A stretch of 64,000 nucleotides of DNA from Alphaproteobacteria bacterium (GTDB lineage Bacteria; Pseudomonadota; Alphaproteobacteria; Rs-D84): contig JAFYXG010000003.1 of NCBI GenBank assembly GCA_017546265.1, positions 4,920-68,919 on the forward strand, read 5' to 3'. Positions within the stretch are counted from its first letter, which is position 1, and every line of letters begins with the position of its first letter. The notes below the pieces were generated by a model. That model had not been told where the DNA came from. It saw nothing but the letters and a program-made list of their open reading frames with translations, and did no database searches. Position numbers and translations under genes: made by a program. Positions 42,157 to 51,610 of the stretch are shown piece by piece.

Positions 42157-44286
42157 ATGCCAAACGAGAGAGAGAATTTTTATCAGCCATTGACAAGCAA
42201 GGACTTTGAAATTGCAGGGGTGATGTTTCGTGCCTTTTACGATGCAGATGATAAGTTGGTCTTTGTCATGGATTTGACAACAGATGATGTAAAACCAAAT
42301 GTTTTATTGGTTATAAATCCCATTGGTAATCGTAAATGGGATGATATTTTAATGAATGATTTTGGGGTCGATTTGGAAACTGTGCGGCCAAAAAAGGATA
42401 ATAAATATCAAAAACTGGATATAGAATATGCAGGATTGGCGGACTATGATGCCGTAATATCGGCGGTGCAAAGTGGTGAAAATACTGATGTGGCGGTGGC
42501 AAAACTTATGCGTTTCCGTGCAGAGGCTGCCCAGCGGGCTGCATATGAACGGTTGGCTGCGGCGGAACTGACCGCGGAAAAGGCACGCGAAACAATCGAA
42601 AAATCAACGGACAGTGTCGCAGAACTGCAGGATAAGTTAAAAAAATTAAAGGCTAAACTGGCAGAATATCGCCGTAATGTTGGTAAAGAACCAACCAAAC
42701 AATCGGCAGCAAAAATTCTGAAAACAGAATCTCAAATAGATGCGACAAACGATAAGTTGGTGCGTGCAAAAAAACGGCTGGATAACGCCAAGACTCGTTT
42801 GACCGCGGCCGAAGATGATAAAGAACAGGCAATTTATATTTTAAGATTGCTGGATGATAAAGATTCTGAATATACTGATGATGAACAAGTGGCGGATGTG
42901 CCAATGGTGGCACCTGAATTCAAAGTGATGCAGTCGCAACCAGAAAATGGTGATGTTATGGTTGTGGAACCTGCCCCAGTGCCCGCAACACTTCATTCAA
43001 CAGATAATGATACAAACATAGAAGCAAAGGCAACCGAGATGGCAGACGAAGAAGTTAAACCATTGTTTGATAAAAATCCAAATATTTTGGACGAAGAAAT
43101 TGCATTTAAACCAATTGACTTTGATGTGCCTGTCAATAAAACAGAGCCCGTTGAACCGGTTGCAGAGCCGGTGCATGATGTTGCACCATTGTCCTTTACG
43201 CCGCCCGTTGCAGTACGGCCCGTTGTTGATGGTATCGAGGTTGATGATGTTTTTTCGCCGGATTCTGCTGAGCCCGTTGGTGGTTCAATGCTGGACAGTT
43301 TGACACCCGTTGCGTTGCCGTCTGAACAGATTGATTCAGAGTTGCTGTCAACAGTGCAGTCAACACCAGATTTTGTGCCAGAGCCAGTTATGCCCCACCC
43401 CGTTGCGGCGGCAGATGTGCCAAGTGTAAATCCACAACCAATGCCAGAAATCGCACCAGCACCGGTGGATTCTGGGTTCAGACCCGTCTCGCCAATCACA
43501 GGTATGTCAACATCTGAAACCGTTGTTGCAAGTCGTAAGCCAACAATGTTGTACTATGTGATGTTGGTTGTGCTGATTGCTTTGTCGATATTTACGTTGT
43601 GGATGTACCAAAGCAAGGTTGTTAATGATGCTAATCCTGAATTGGGGGCAAAAACTGCACCTGTGGAACAGCCGGTTGTTGTTGAAGAAATTGTCGCAGA
43701 AGAAGTTGAACCAGAACCTGTGGTTATGGTGGAAACTGAAGAACCTGTGGTGTCTGTACCGGTTGTTGATACCGCTGAAATTGTGGAAGATGTAGAACCG
43801 GAACCCGTGGTGGTAACACCTGCCCAGCCCGTAGCGTCAATTCCTGAGGTCCAACCAGAACCTGTGGTTGTGACGCCGGACCCTGTTGTGGAAGAGCCTG
43901 TTAAAAAAATACCAACCGAAGCAGAAATATTGGCATCAAAGCCGTCTTATAATGTTTCTCAAAATGAAAAAATGTTCGTTGCTGATGAAAATTATGAAAC
44001 GGATGACGCTCAGGAAGAAGTTATACAGGAAATTCCAGAAATGGTGGTGAATAAACCTGCTGTGACGGTTGGCGGTGGTGCACCTGTTGCCCAACAACAG
44101 CTCGCCCCTGCACCTGAGATATATGCTGAAGATTTTGTCACAGAAGAAGTTGTGGAAACATGTGCTGATGGTAATTTGCCCGATGCAGATGGTTGCTGTG
44201 CTGGGGAATTCCTGGCCGATATGGGGGGCGGTGAGTACGCATGTTGTGCAGAAGAAACGGGGGAATGTTTCCCGCCTTTGTTCTGA
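42157..44286 (+). CDS. Acidic Pro/Val/Glu-rich membrane-spanning protein with coiled coil and C-terminal Cys cluster (709 aa)
   Basis: Coiled coil (aa about 110-230), TM segment MLYYVMLVVLIALSIFTLWMY, EPEPVVV repeats, and C-terminus CADGNLPDADGCCAGEFLADMGGGEYACCAEETGEC. Confidence 0.7.
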   Translation: MPNERENFYQPLTSKDFEIAGVMFRAFYDADDKLVFVMDLTTDDVKPNVLLVINPIGNRKWDDILMNDFGVDLETVRPKKDNKYQKLDIEYAGLADYDAVISAVQSGENTDVAVAKLMRFRAEAAQRAAYERLAAAELTAEKARETIEKSTDSVAELQDKLKKLKAKLAEYRRNVGKEPTKQSAAKILKTESQIDATNDKLVRAKKRLDNAKTRLTAAEDDKEQAIYILRLLDDKDSEYTDDEQVADVPMVAPEFKVMQSQPENGDVMVVEPAPVPATLHSTDNDTNIEAKATEMADEEVKPLFDKNPNILDEEIAFKPIDFDVPVNKTEPVEPVAEPVHDVAPLSFTPPVAVRPVVDGIEVDDVFSPDSAEPVGGSMLDSLTPVALPSEQIDSELLSTVQSTPDFVPEPVMPHPVAAADVPSVNPQPMPEIAPAPVDSGFRPVSPITGMSTSETVVASRKPTMLYYVMLVVLIALSIFTLWMYQSKVVNDANPELGAKTAPVEQPVVVEEIVAEEVEPEPVVMVETEEPVVSVPVVDTAEIVEDVEPEPVVVTPAQPVASIPEVQPEPVVVTPDPVVEEPVKKIPTEAEILASKPSYNVSQNEKMFVADENYETDDAQEEVIQEIPEMVVNKPAVTVGGGAPVAQQQLAPAPEIYAEDFVTEEVVETCADGNLPDADGCCAGEFLADMGGGEYACCAEETGECFPPLF

Positions 44287-44305
44287 TGTTTGAATGTTAA
44301 AAAGA

Positions 44306-44331
44306 AAAAAACCGCCAAATGGCGGTTTTTT
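44306..44331. terminator. Bidirectional terminator (709-aa gene / thyA)
   Basis: A-run-ACCGCC-AAAT-GGCGGT-T5. Confidence 0.8.
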
Positions 44332-45277
44332 AACGGGCTACTTCACCACGCAGGCGTTCGTGACATATATAGTCATGCAGTTTGAATCCCCCGTCTGCGT
44401 GCCAGTTTAACATACCGTTCCAGTTGCTGTCTGGGATTTCAACCGTTGGCAGTTTATGTGGTTGACGTTCCAGTTGAGTTGCAACCTGGGATAAATGGTT
44501 TGTGTAAATGTGGGCATCGTGCAGTTCGCCCTTTAATATGCCAGGTTTCAGGTTGGCTTCTTTGGCATATAATAACAGCAGTAATGCATAACTGGCGATA
44601 TTATATGGAATCCCCAGGAACATGTCGCAAGAACGTTGGGTCCAAATCAGATTCAGTTTGCCGTTGCGTACAATCAGTTGGTGCATCATGTGGCACGGCG
44701 GTAATGCCATGTATGGAAAATCAACCGGATTCCAGGCAGACACAATGATTCTGCGATCATTTGGGGTGTTTTTCAGTTTGTCTATTGCGTTTGCCACTTG
44801 GTCAACGCCCGGTTTTTTGGGGTTAAAGTTGTCTGTGGGATTTGCGTTTATACGTTTTTCATCCCACTGATATTCGCCACCAAAATGTCGCCACTGGAAT
44901 CCATAAATCGGCCCAAGGTCGCGTTCGCTGTCCATTATGGAATGTAATAATTCCGTTTTGGGAGTATCTTTGGTCGTTGGTAATTGCAGGTCATATTGCT
45001 GTTTTACCTTGACCGGGTTTGCCCATTCGTTCCAGATGGTACACTTTCTGTCGGTTAACCATTTTTTGTCTGTGATTCCGTGTAAAAAGAATTCCAGTTC
45101 GGTGGCAATGTTTTTCAGCCCCATTTTCTTGGTCGTAATCAGCGGAAACCCCATTTCCATGTCATGTTCAAATGTTGCACCGTGCCCCAGACCAATATCT
45201 GGGATGCCTGTGCGGTTTTGGCGAATGTCACTGCATTTTTTATAGATGTCGCCCAATATATCTAGGTATGCCTTCAT
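44330..45277 (-). CDS. thyA: Thymidylate synthase (long ThyA form)
   Basis: RTGIPDIGLGHGATFEHDM, GFPLITTKK, LPPCHMMHQLIV, DAHIYTNH. Confidence 0.95.
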   Translation of the reverse strand: MKAYLDILGDIYKKCSDIRQNRTGIPDIGLGHGATFEHDMEMGFPLITTKKMGLKNIATELEFFLHGITDKKWLTDRKCTIWNEWANPVKVKQQYDLQLPTTKDTPKTELLHSIMDSERDLGPIYGFQWRHFGGEYQWDEKRINANPTDNFNPKKPGVDQVANAIDKLKNTPNDRRIIVSAWNPVDFPYMALPPCHMMHQLIVRNGKLNLIWTQRSCDMFLGIPYNIASYALLLLLYAKEANLKPGILKGELHDAHIYTNHLSQVATQLERQPHKLPTVEIPDSNWNGMLNWHADGGFKLHDYICHERLRGEVAR

Positions 45278-45294
45278 TTTTTTTGTCCTTGGTT

Positions 45295-45322
45295 AAAAAA
45301 ACGCACCGGTTGGTGCGTTTTG
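45295..45322 (-). terminator. Terminator downstream of tig
   Basis: ACGCACC-GGTT-GGTGCGT with a T-run on the minus strand. Confidence 0.7.
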
Positions 45323-45329
45323 GTGTTCT

Positions 45330-46637
45330 TTAGCGTACAGATGCCTGTTTGAACAGTTCGTCAGCCTTGACTTTTTTTTCCTTGGTCTTGACGTGTGTCA
45401 ACATTGCATCCAGGGCCTTGCGTTCGAATAACATGCCACGTAACATAGCCAGGGCATTTTGATTCTTGTTATAGAATTCAAATACCTGTTTTGGGTCTGG
45501 ATAACGTGCGGCTTCGGCCCAAATCGCCTGTTGCAGGTCGTCACGAGTTACTTCGACCTGGTTCTGGGTGCCCCACTCGGCCAGGATTAAGCCCAATTTA
45601 ACACGGCGTTCTGCATCACGGCGTTCGGATTTTTCATCCCATTTGTGATCGCATTTTTCATCGTGACAATGGCTGTGACCACGATCAAATTCGGATTTAG
45701 CCATGTTGTATTCCTGGTCAACCAATGTTTCTGGCAGGTCCAGTTTAACCTTGTCCGCCAAGATGTCTAACAATTCATTACGCATTTCACGTTGTGATGC
45801 ATCGTTGTACTGTTCTGTCAAAATGTTGCGGATGTGCTGTTTCAATGCGTCAACAGATTCCTGGCCAACCTGTTTTGCCAGGTCGTCATTTAATTCTGGT
45901 AAAATGTGTTTGCGAATTTCATGAATTTCAACCGCAAAACGTGCATCCTGGCCCGCCAGGTTTTCTGCGTGATAGTCCGCAGGGAATTTTACATTTACGT
46001 CAAATTTGTCGCCCTTTTTATGTCCGATGATTTGATCTTCGAACCCGGGGATAAATGCACCAGAACCCAATGTCAGGTGATGCTTTTTCGCAGCACCGCC
46101 TTCGAATGCTGTGTCGCCAACAAAGCCGGTAAAGTCAATAACAGCAACGTCACCGTTCGCAGCGACATAGTTTTCGTCTTGTTTTTCTGCCAAACTACGT
46201 GATTTGCGGATGTTTTCCAGGGCTGTGTTTACCTCGGCTTCGTCCAGTTCGGCAACCTGTTTAGTGATTGTGAATTTTTCCAGGTCAATCGCAGGTAATG
46301 TTGGCAAAATGTCAAATTCCAGTGTGTATTCTGCATCTTGGCCAATTTCCCATTTGGCCAGGTCGGCACGTGGTGCACCCGCTAAACGGATTTTTTTGTC
46401 CGCAGTATATGCGTTCAAATCTGCGTTCATCAGTTTGTCAATGGCTTCGCCACAGGCAGATGCATTGTATTTCTGACGCAGGATGGATAATGGAACCTTG
46501 CCCTGGCGAAAGCCCGGCATTTTAACCTTTTTGCCATATTCGGCCAGGATTTCATCGGCGGCCGCCTGGATTTTGTCGGCGGTAATGGTGCCGTTTATTG
46601 AATAATGTAAATCTTTGATTTTTTCTTTTGTAAACAT
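45330..46637 (-). CDS. tig: Trigger factor
   Basis: N-terminal ribosome-binding GFRQGKVP, FKBP-like middle (IPGFEDQIIGHKKGD), and a helical C-terminus. Confidence 0.95.
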   Translation of the reverse strand: MFTKEKIKDLHYSINGTITADKIQAAADEILAEYGKKVKMPGFRQGKVPLSILRQKYNASACGEAIDKLMNADLNAYTADKKIRLAGAPRADLAKWEIGQDAEYTLEFDILPTLPAIDLEKFTITKQVAELDEAEVNTALENIRKSRSLAEKQDENYVAANGDVAVIDFTGFVGDTAFEGGAAKKHHLTLGSGAFIPGFEDQIIGHKKGDKFDVNVKFPADYHAENLAGQDARFAVEIHEIRKHILPELNDDLAKQVGQESVDALKQHIRNILTEQYNDASQREMRNELLDILADKVKLDLPETLVDQEYNMAKSEFDRGHSHCHDEKCDHKWDEKSERRDAERRVKLGLILAEWGTQNQVEVTRDDLQQAIWAEAARYPDPKQVFEFYNKNQNALAMLRGMLFERKALDAMLTHVKTKEKKVKADELFKQASVR

Positions 46638-46836
46638 GTGTTTCCCCTAAATCTTAACTTTAGATTGCCGTGTGATTATACACAGTTTTTTATTGAAAGC
46701 AATAATAAAAAATCCCCATGCATGGAATGTGCCGTGTATTCTGGGCGGTATTGTTCAAAATCAACACTTGACCCGTGAATAAAAAAAGTTGCACAATGAA
46801 CGTGAATTAAAAAATCATGTTCCGAGAGAGTAAAAA

Positions 46837-48522
46837 ATGAAAAGCATTATTCGTGGTTTGATATCTGTTTTTTTTATGGCCGTTTTATGTGTCGGCCCTG
46901 GTGCGTATGGGGAGGATTATGGAACGGTGAAATGTGAGGAATATTTGAATATTTTGGAGCAGTGTGGTGTGGGGATTTTGGACAACTTTCAGCAAAAGAT
47001 TGAAGAACTTGGGTGTTCTTCAGATAAATGTTTTGTAGTAAAGCCTGAGCAATATTGTGATGGTATGGTGAGGGAATTGTGGGAGGCCGCTGAGCCGTAT
47101 TGCGATAATAGTGGGCTGGATGATATGTATAATTTATGCCCGGGGGATACGTATTATTATGAATTGCCGGGGGGGGATAGTTATGAGTGTAGAACGTGTA
47201 GTCTTTATGCACAAAGAGATGGTGTGGTGTATGGAACGCATTATCCGTGTGATTCTGAAAGATTACAGAAAGGAGAGTGTAGCATAGATTGGTGTCATAC
47301 AACATGCCCGTCTGGACAAACGGGTGTAAGGTATTATGGGAATGTGGGAGAAGGCGGTTGTACGTCCAGCGGAGGTGGGGATATAAATCCGGGAGTGGAT
47401 TATGACCATCAGATAGCACCGGGGTGTTCTGCAATGGATACAATGAATTGTTCCCATTTTTTGGATCATATTGTTGGTGTAGTTAACAATTATAATAATG
47501 AGCCTGAATTGTGGGGTCATTATGAAGTACCAGATCCAGACGCAATAGAAGAGGACATAATGCAGGAGTGTGGTTTTTCTCTCCCAAGAAATTATGCTGG
47601 TAAAGAAACGAATGAGTGGGAGACGGAAGGAATTTGGTGTTCTGCACAGGTTTGTACAGACCATCAGGTTCTGTGGTATACTATTGCTACTTGGCCGGTT
47701 GCATGGCAGTGTGTGAAGAAGTCTTGTAGTGAAATGTTGAAATCTGACACTGGTTTAGATTGGAAAGGTACGGCATATGGAAATAATTGTTCGGAGTGTG
47801 AAGCAACCTGTCCCGATGGTGAAGCCAGCAGTGGGGTCGAGAGAACTGGCCAGACAACATTTTATCACGGTGCACGTTGTAATGTGACTTCTACGGGTAC
47901 ATGTGGTTATAAGTGTATGAAGGACTTTTACGGTACTGCGACCAGTAAATCTACTGGCTGTACGGCATGTCCGGCGAATGCAACATGTGCCGGTGGAAAT
48001 AACAGTACGTTTGTGTGTGCGGATGGGTATTATAAAGCGACAGCCAATGCCACGGGATGTTCAAAATGTCCAGATAATGCAACGTGTACAACAGAAAATG
48101 GGATACAGTGTCATTCGGGGTATTTTTACAAGAATGAAAATGGCAATGTGACCTGTCCGGCATGCCCGTCACACGGAAAATGTGAAGGGGGACAAAAATC
48201 GTTTGGTTGCGATAATCCCGCTTGGTACAAGGTTAATGAATCTGCAACAGCCTGTACACAGTGTCCAACCGGGGCAGAATGTAAGGATTTGATGCCAGTT
48301 ACGTGTGCAAAGGGGTATTATCAGGGGGGCAGTACCCCGCCATGTACGGTATGTCCGGGTGGTGGTACAACCAGTGGAAAAAATGCGGACAGTATAACAG
48401 ACTGCTATGTGGCGGTGAGTGCTGGTACGGGGCAGACCGATTATACCTGGGATGATGCAGATGATGACAATAACGTTTTTGGTTCATATCAGTGTACAGT
48501 AGATGCGTGGTATGTGCAGTAG
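46837..48522 (+). CDS. Secreted Cys-rich protein with eukaryote-like CxxC / GCC2-GCC3 (ephrin-receptor/furin-like) repeats (561 aa)
   Basis: Signal peptide MKSIIRGLISVFFMAVLCVGPGAYG. The C-terminal half carries tandem modules: GCTACPANATCAGGNNSTFVCADGYY / GCSKCPDNATCTTENGIQCHSGYFY / TCPACPSHGKCEGG / ACTQCPTGAECKD / CAKGYYQGGSTPPCTVCPGGGTTSGKNADSITDCY. Confidence 0.8.
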   Translation: MKSIIRGLISVFFMAVLCVGPGAYGEDYGTVKCEEYLNILEQCGVGILDNFQQKIEELGCSSDKCFVVKPEQYCDGMVRELWEAAEPYCDNSGLDDMYNLCPGDTYYYELPGGDSYECRTCSLYAQRDGVVYGTHYPCDSERLQKGECSIDWCHTTCPSGQTGVRYYGNVGEGGCTSSGGGDINPGVDYDHQIAPGCSAMDTMNCSHFLDHIVGVVNNYNNEPELWGHYEVPDPDAIEEDIMQECGFSLPRNYAGKETNEWETEGIWCSAQVCTDHQVLWYTIATWPVAWQCVKKSCSEMLKSDTGLDWKGTAYGNNCSECEATCPDGEASSGVERTGQTTFYHGARCNVTSTGTCGYKCMKDFYGTATSKSTGCTACPANATCAGGNNSTFVCADGYYKATANATGCSKCPDNATCTTENGIQCHSGYFYKNENGNVTCPACPSHGKCEGGQKSFGCDNPAWYKVNESATACTQCPTGAECKDLMPVTCAKGYYQGGSTPPCTVCPGGGTTSGKNADSITDCYVAVSAGTGQTDYTWDDADDDNNVFGSYQCTVDAWYVQ

Positions 48523-48523
48523 T

Positions 48524-48550
48524 AAAAATCCCCCAACTGGGGGATTTTAT
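48524..48550. terminator. Bidirectional terminator
   Basis: ATCCCCC-AACT-GGGGGAT-TTT. Confidence 0.8.
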
Positions 48551-48574
48551 GCGTATAAGAAATATAAGCCGTTA

Positions 48575-48784
48575 TTATTCGCCCATTGTCTTTGCTGAAT
48601 TTAATGCATGACGAAGAGCCTGCTCTGCAATTTGACGAATCTTGGGGGCAAATGTTCGCATCTGCATGCGATCCGCAACCGTGTTCCCAAATAAACGAGA
48701 TATGTATTCAATCTGGGTCGGGGCAATAACGTATACATCACTGGTTATGTCTGATGGATTAAGTTTTTTGACCGGCTGTTGCAT
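48575..48784 (-). CDS. Hypothetical 69-aa protein
   Basis: A G-rich RBS lies upstream, with a possible TGATATAAT -10 (minus strand) at 48894-48902. I recognise no family. Confidence 0.4.
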   Translation of the reverse strand: MQQPVKKLNPSDITSDVYVIAPTQIEYISRLFGNTVADRMQMRTFAPKIRQIAEQALRHALNSAKTMGE

Positions 48785-48968
48785 GATTTTTTATCCCCCC
48801 CTGCTTCCCTGATAATTGAAATTGGTTATATCTGATGATTATCATTCTATCATATTTTTTGCAATTTGCCACTTGTTAAATTCACATATTGTGATTATAT
48901 CATAAAGTATCTTGACCGAAAGGCGGAAAATTGCTATATATCTCGTGATAAAATAAGGAAAGAGTGTT

Positions 48969-51584
48969 ATGAAAAATATTTTTGGTATGTTGTTGGGGTC
49001 TGCAAACGACAGATTGGTTAAAAGTTATGATAAAACCGTGTCGTTGATAAATGACCTGGAACCTAAATATCACGCAATGAGTGATAATGAACTGAAAGAA
49101 CAGACAAATTTGCTGCGGGCACGTCTGAACGCGGGCGATAAAGAAAAGGATATTTTGCCAGATGCATTCGCCCTGGTACGCGAGGCCTCAATTCGTACAA
49201 TCGGATTGCGACACTTTAATGTGCAGATGATTGGGGGGATGGTGCTGACCAATGGGCAAATCGCAGAAATGAAAACCGGTGAAGGTAAAACACTGGTGGC
49301 TACGTTGGCTATGTATCTGAAGGCGTTGCATGGAAAAGGTGCACATTTGATTACTGTCAATGACTATTTGGCATCGCGTGATGCAGCCTGGATGGGTGAA
49401 ATTTATCGTTTCCTGGGGCTGACAGTTGGTATTATTCAGCATGATATGACAGATGAAGAAAGACGGGCCGCATATGCGTGTGACATCACATACGTCACAA
49501 ATTCAGAACTGGGATTCGATTATCTGCGTGATAATATGAAGTTTACAAAAAAACAACAGGTGCTGCGGCCATTCTTTTTCGCAATTGTTGACGAAGTTGA
49601 TAGTATCTTGATTGACGAGGCTCGTACCCCGTTGATTATCTCGGGGCCTGCAGAAGATACCAGTGAACTGTATGCACGTGTGGATGCCGTTGTCGCACAG
49701 TTAAACGAAAATGATTTTAAAAAAGACGAAAAAGACAGACATGTGACACTGACCGAGGTCGGGGTTGATTCTGCAACACGTTTGTTAAAAGATGCAGGAC
49801 TGTTGGTCGGAGATAATTTGTATGCGTCTGAAAATGCCGCCTTGGTTATGCATATTCAACAGTCTTTGTTGGCACACCATTTGTATCAGAAAAATGTGAA
49901 CTATGTTGTGCGTGGTGGTGAAATCTTAATCGTGGACGAATTTACAGGTCGTGTTATGACAGGACGCAGATTTGGTAAAGGTCTGCACCAGGCAATCGAA
50001 GCCAAAGAACATGTCAAAGTACAACCAGAAAATCAGACTGTGTCCAGTATTTCGTATCAGAATCTGTTCCGACTGTACCCCACTCTGTCGGGGATGACCG
50101 GTACCGCCATGACCGAGGCCGCAGAATTTGAAGAAATCTATAAACTGCGTGTTGTGTCAATCCCAACAAACAGACCTGTTGCACGTAATGACCATCATGA
50201 TGAAATATATCGCAACAAAGATGAAAAATATGATGCGATTTTGAAACAAATTGAAGATTGTATTAAACGCAAACAACCAGTTTTGGTCGGAACTGTGTCA
50301 ATTGAAAAGTCCGAAGAACTGGCCGCAATTGTGCGTAAAAAACTGGGGATTGAACCTGCTGTATTGAACGCAAAGCATCACGAATCCGAAGCCAAGATTG
50401 TCGCACAGGCTGGTGCACCAGGTGCAGTCACAATCGCTACAAATATGGCAGGTCGTGGAACTGATATTAAACTGGGCGGTAATGCAGAAGAGTTGATTGC
50501 AGCACTGGATTCTGATAGTCCAGACTTTGAACAGAAAAAGAAAGAAATATATGCACAAATCGAAGCCAATAAAAAGCAGGTCTTGGATGCGGGGGGATTG
50601 TATGTGATTGGTACTGAACGTCACGAATCACGCCGAATCGATAATCAATTGCGTGGCCGTTCGGGACGTCAGGGAGATCCAGGTGATTCTAAGTTCTTTT
50701 TAGCCTTGGACGATGATTTAATGCGTATCTTTGGTGCCTCCAGATTGCAGGGAATGCTGACCACCCTGGGGCTGAAGACAGGCGAGGCAATTACACACCC
50801 TTGGATTACTAAGGCGTTGGAAAAAGCTCAAAAACGTGTAGAAGCACGATATTTTGAGGCTCGTAAAGAATTGCTGAAATACGATGATGTGGCAAATGAA
50901 CAACGTACTGTTATCTATAAGCAACGTGATGATTTGATGGTGTCAGATGACCTGTCACCGTTGGCACGTGAAATTATCGGTGATGTCGTAGAAATTATCT
51001 GCGAAAATAATATCCCAGAAAAGGCGTTGCCAGCAGATTGGAATCTGGTCGGTATTCGCAATGCTATGATGCGGGTGTTCGCGTTGGATATCACTGATAT
51101 TGAAAAGTGGAAAACTGATGAACAGATAAATGAACGTAAAGCATACGAGGTGCTGTATAACCTGGCGATGCGTAGATATGACTATCAGGCAAAAAAGTAT
51201 GGCCCAGAGTTAATGCAAATGGCTTCGCGACAAATGATGCTGGGGGCGTTGGATGCTGTCTGGAAAAAGCATCTGCAACAGATGGACTATTTACAAAGTG
51301 CCATCGGGTTGCGTGGATATGCACAGAAAAATCCATTGTATGAATATAAACGGGAAGCGTTGGATTTATTCAAAAATACTGTGAATAATTTTAAAATTAT
51401 GTCTGTGTCTTATATCTGTCGTATGGAACTGACACGCGAAGATGTCGCTGCAACCGAAGCAGAACGGGCCAAGCATGACGAGGGCTTGAATCAGGCAGCA
51501 GCATCTGCTGATAGTCGCCGTAATGCACCCTGCCCATGTGGTTCGGGATTAAAGTTCAAACATTGTTGTGGTAAATTGCACTAA
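48969..51584 (+). CDS. secA: Preprotein translocase ATPase SecA
   Basis: MKTGEGKTLVATLAMYL, DEVDSILIDEARTPLIISG, and C-terminal Zn motif CPCGSGLKFKHCCG. Confidence 0.98.
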   Translation: MKNIFGMLLGSANDRLVKSYDKTVSLINDLEPKYHAMSDNELKEQTNLLRARLNAGDKEKDILPDAFALVREASIRTIGLRHFNVQMIGGMVLTNGQIAEMKTGEGKTLVATLAMYLKALHGKGAHLITVNDYLASRDAAWMGEIYRFLGLTVGIIQHDMTDEERRAAYACDITYVTNSELGFDYLRDNMKFTKKQQVLRPFFFAIVDEVDSILIDEARTPLIISGPAEDTSELYARVDAVVAQLNENDFKKDEKDRHVTLTEVGVDSATRLLKDAGLLVGDNLYASENAALVMHIQQSLLAHHLYQKNVNYVVRGGEILIVDEFTGRVMTGRRFGKGLHQAIEAKEHVKVQPENQTVSSISYQNLFRLYPTLSGMTGTAMTEAAEFEEIYKLRVVSIPTNRPVARNDHHDEIYRNKDEKYDAILKQIEDCIKRKQPVLVGTVSIEKSEELAAIVRKKLGIEPAVLNAKHHESEAKIVAQAGAPGAVTIATNMAGRGTDIKLGGNAEELIAALDSDSPDFEQKKKEIYAQIEANKKQVLDAGGLYVIGTERHESRRIDNQLRGRSGRQGDPGDSKFFLALDDDLMRIFGASRLQGMLTTLGLKTGEAITHPWITKALEKAQKRVEARYFEARKELLKYDDVANEQRTVIYKQRDDLMVSDDLSPLAREIIGDVVEIICENNIPEKALPADWNLVGIRNAMMRVFALDITDIEKWKTDEQINERKAYEVLYNLAMRRYDYQAKKYGPELMQMASRQMMLGALDAVWKKHLQQMDYLQSAIGLRGYAQKNPLYEYKREALDLFKNTVNNFKIMSVSYICRMELTREDVAATEAERAKHDEGLNQAAASADSRRNAPCPCGSGLKFKHCCGKLH

Positions 51585-51610
51585 GGTATGCAGTATAAAG
51601 GAAGGGGGAT

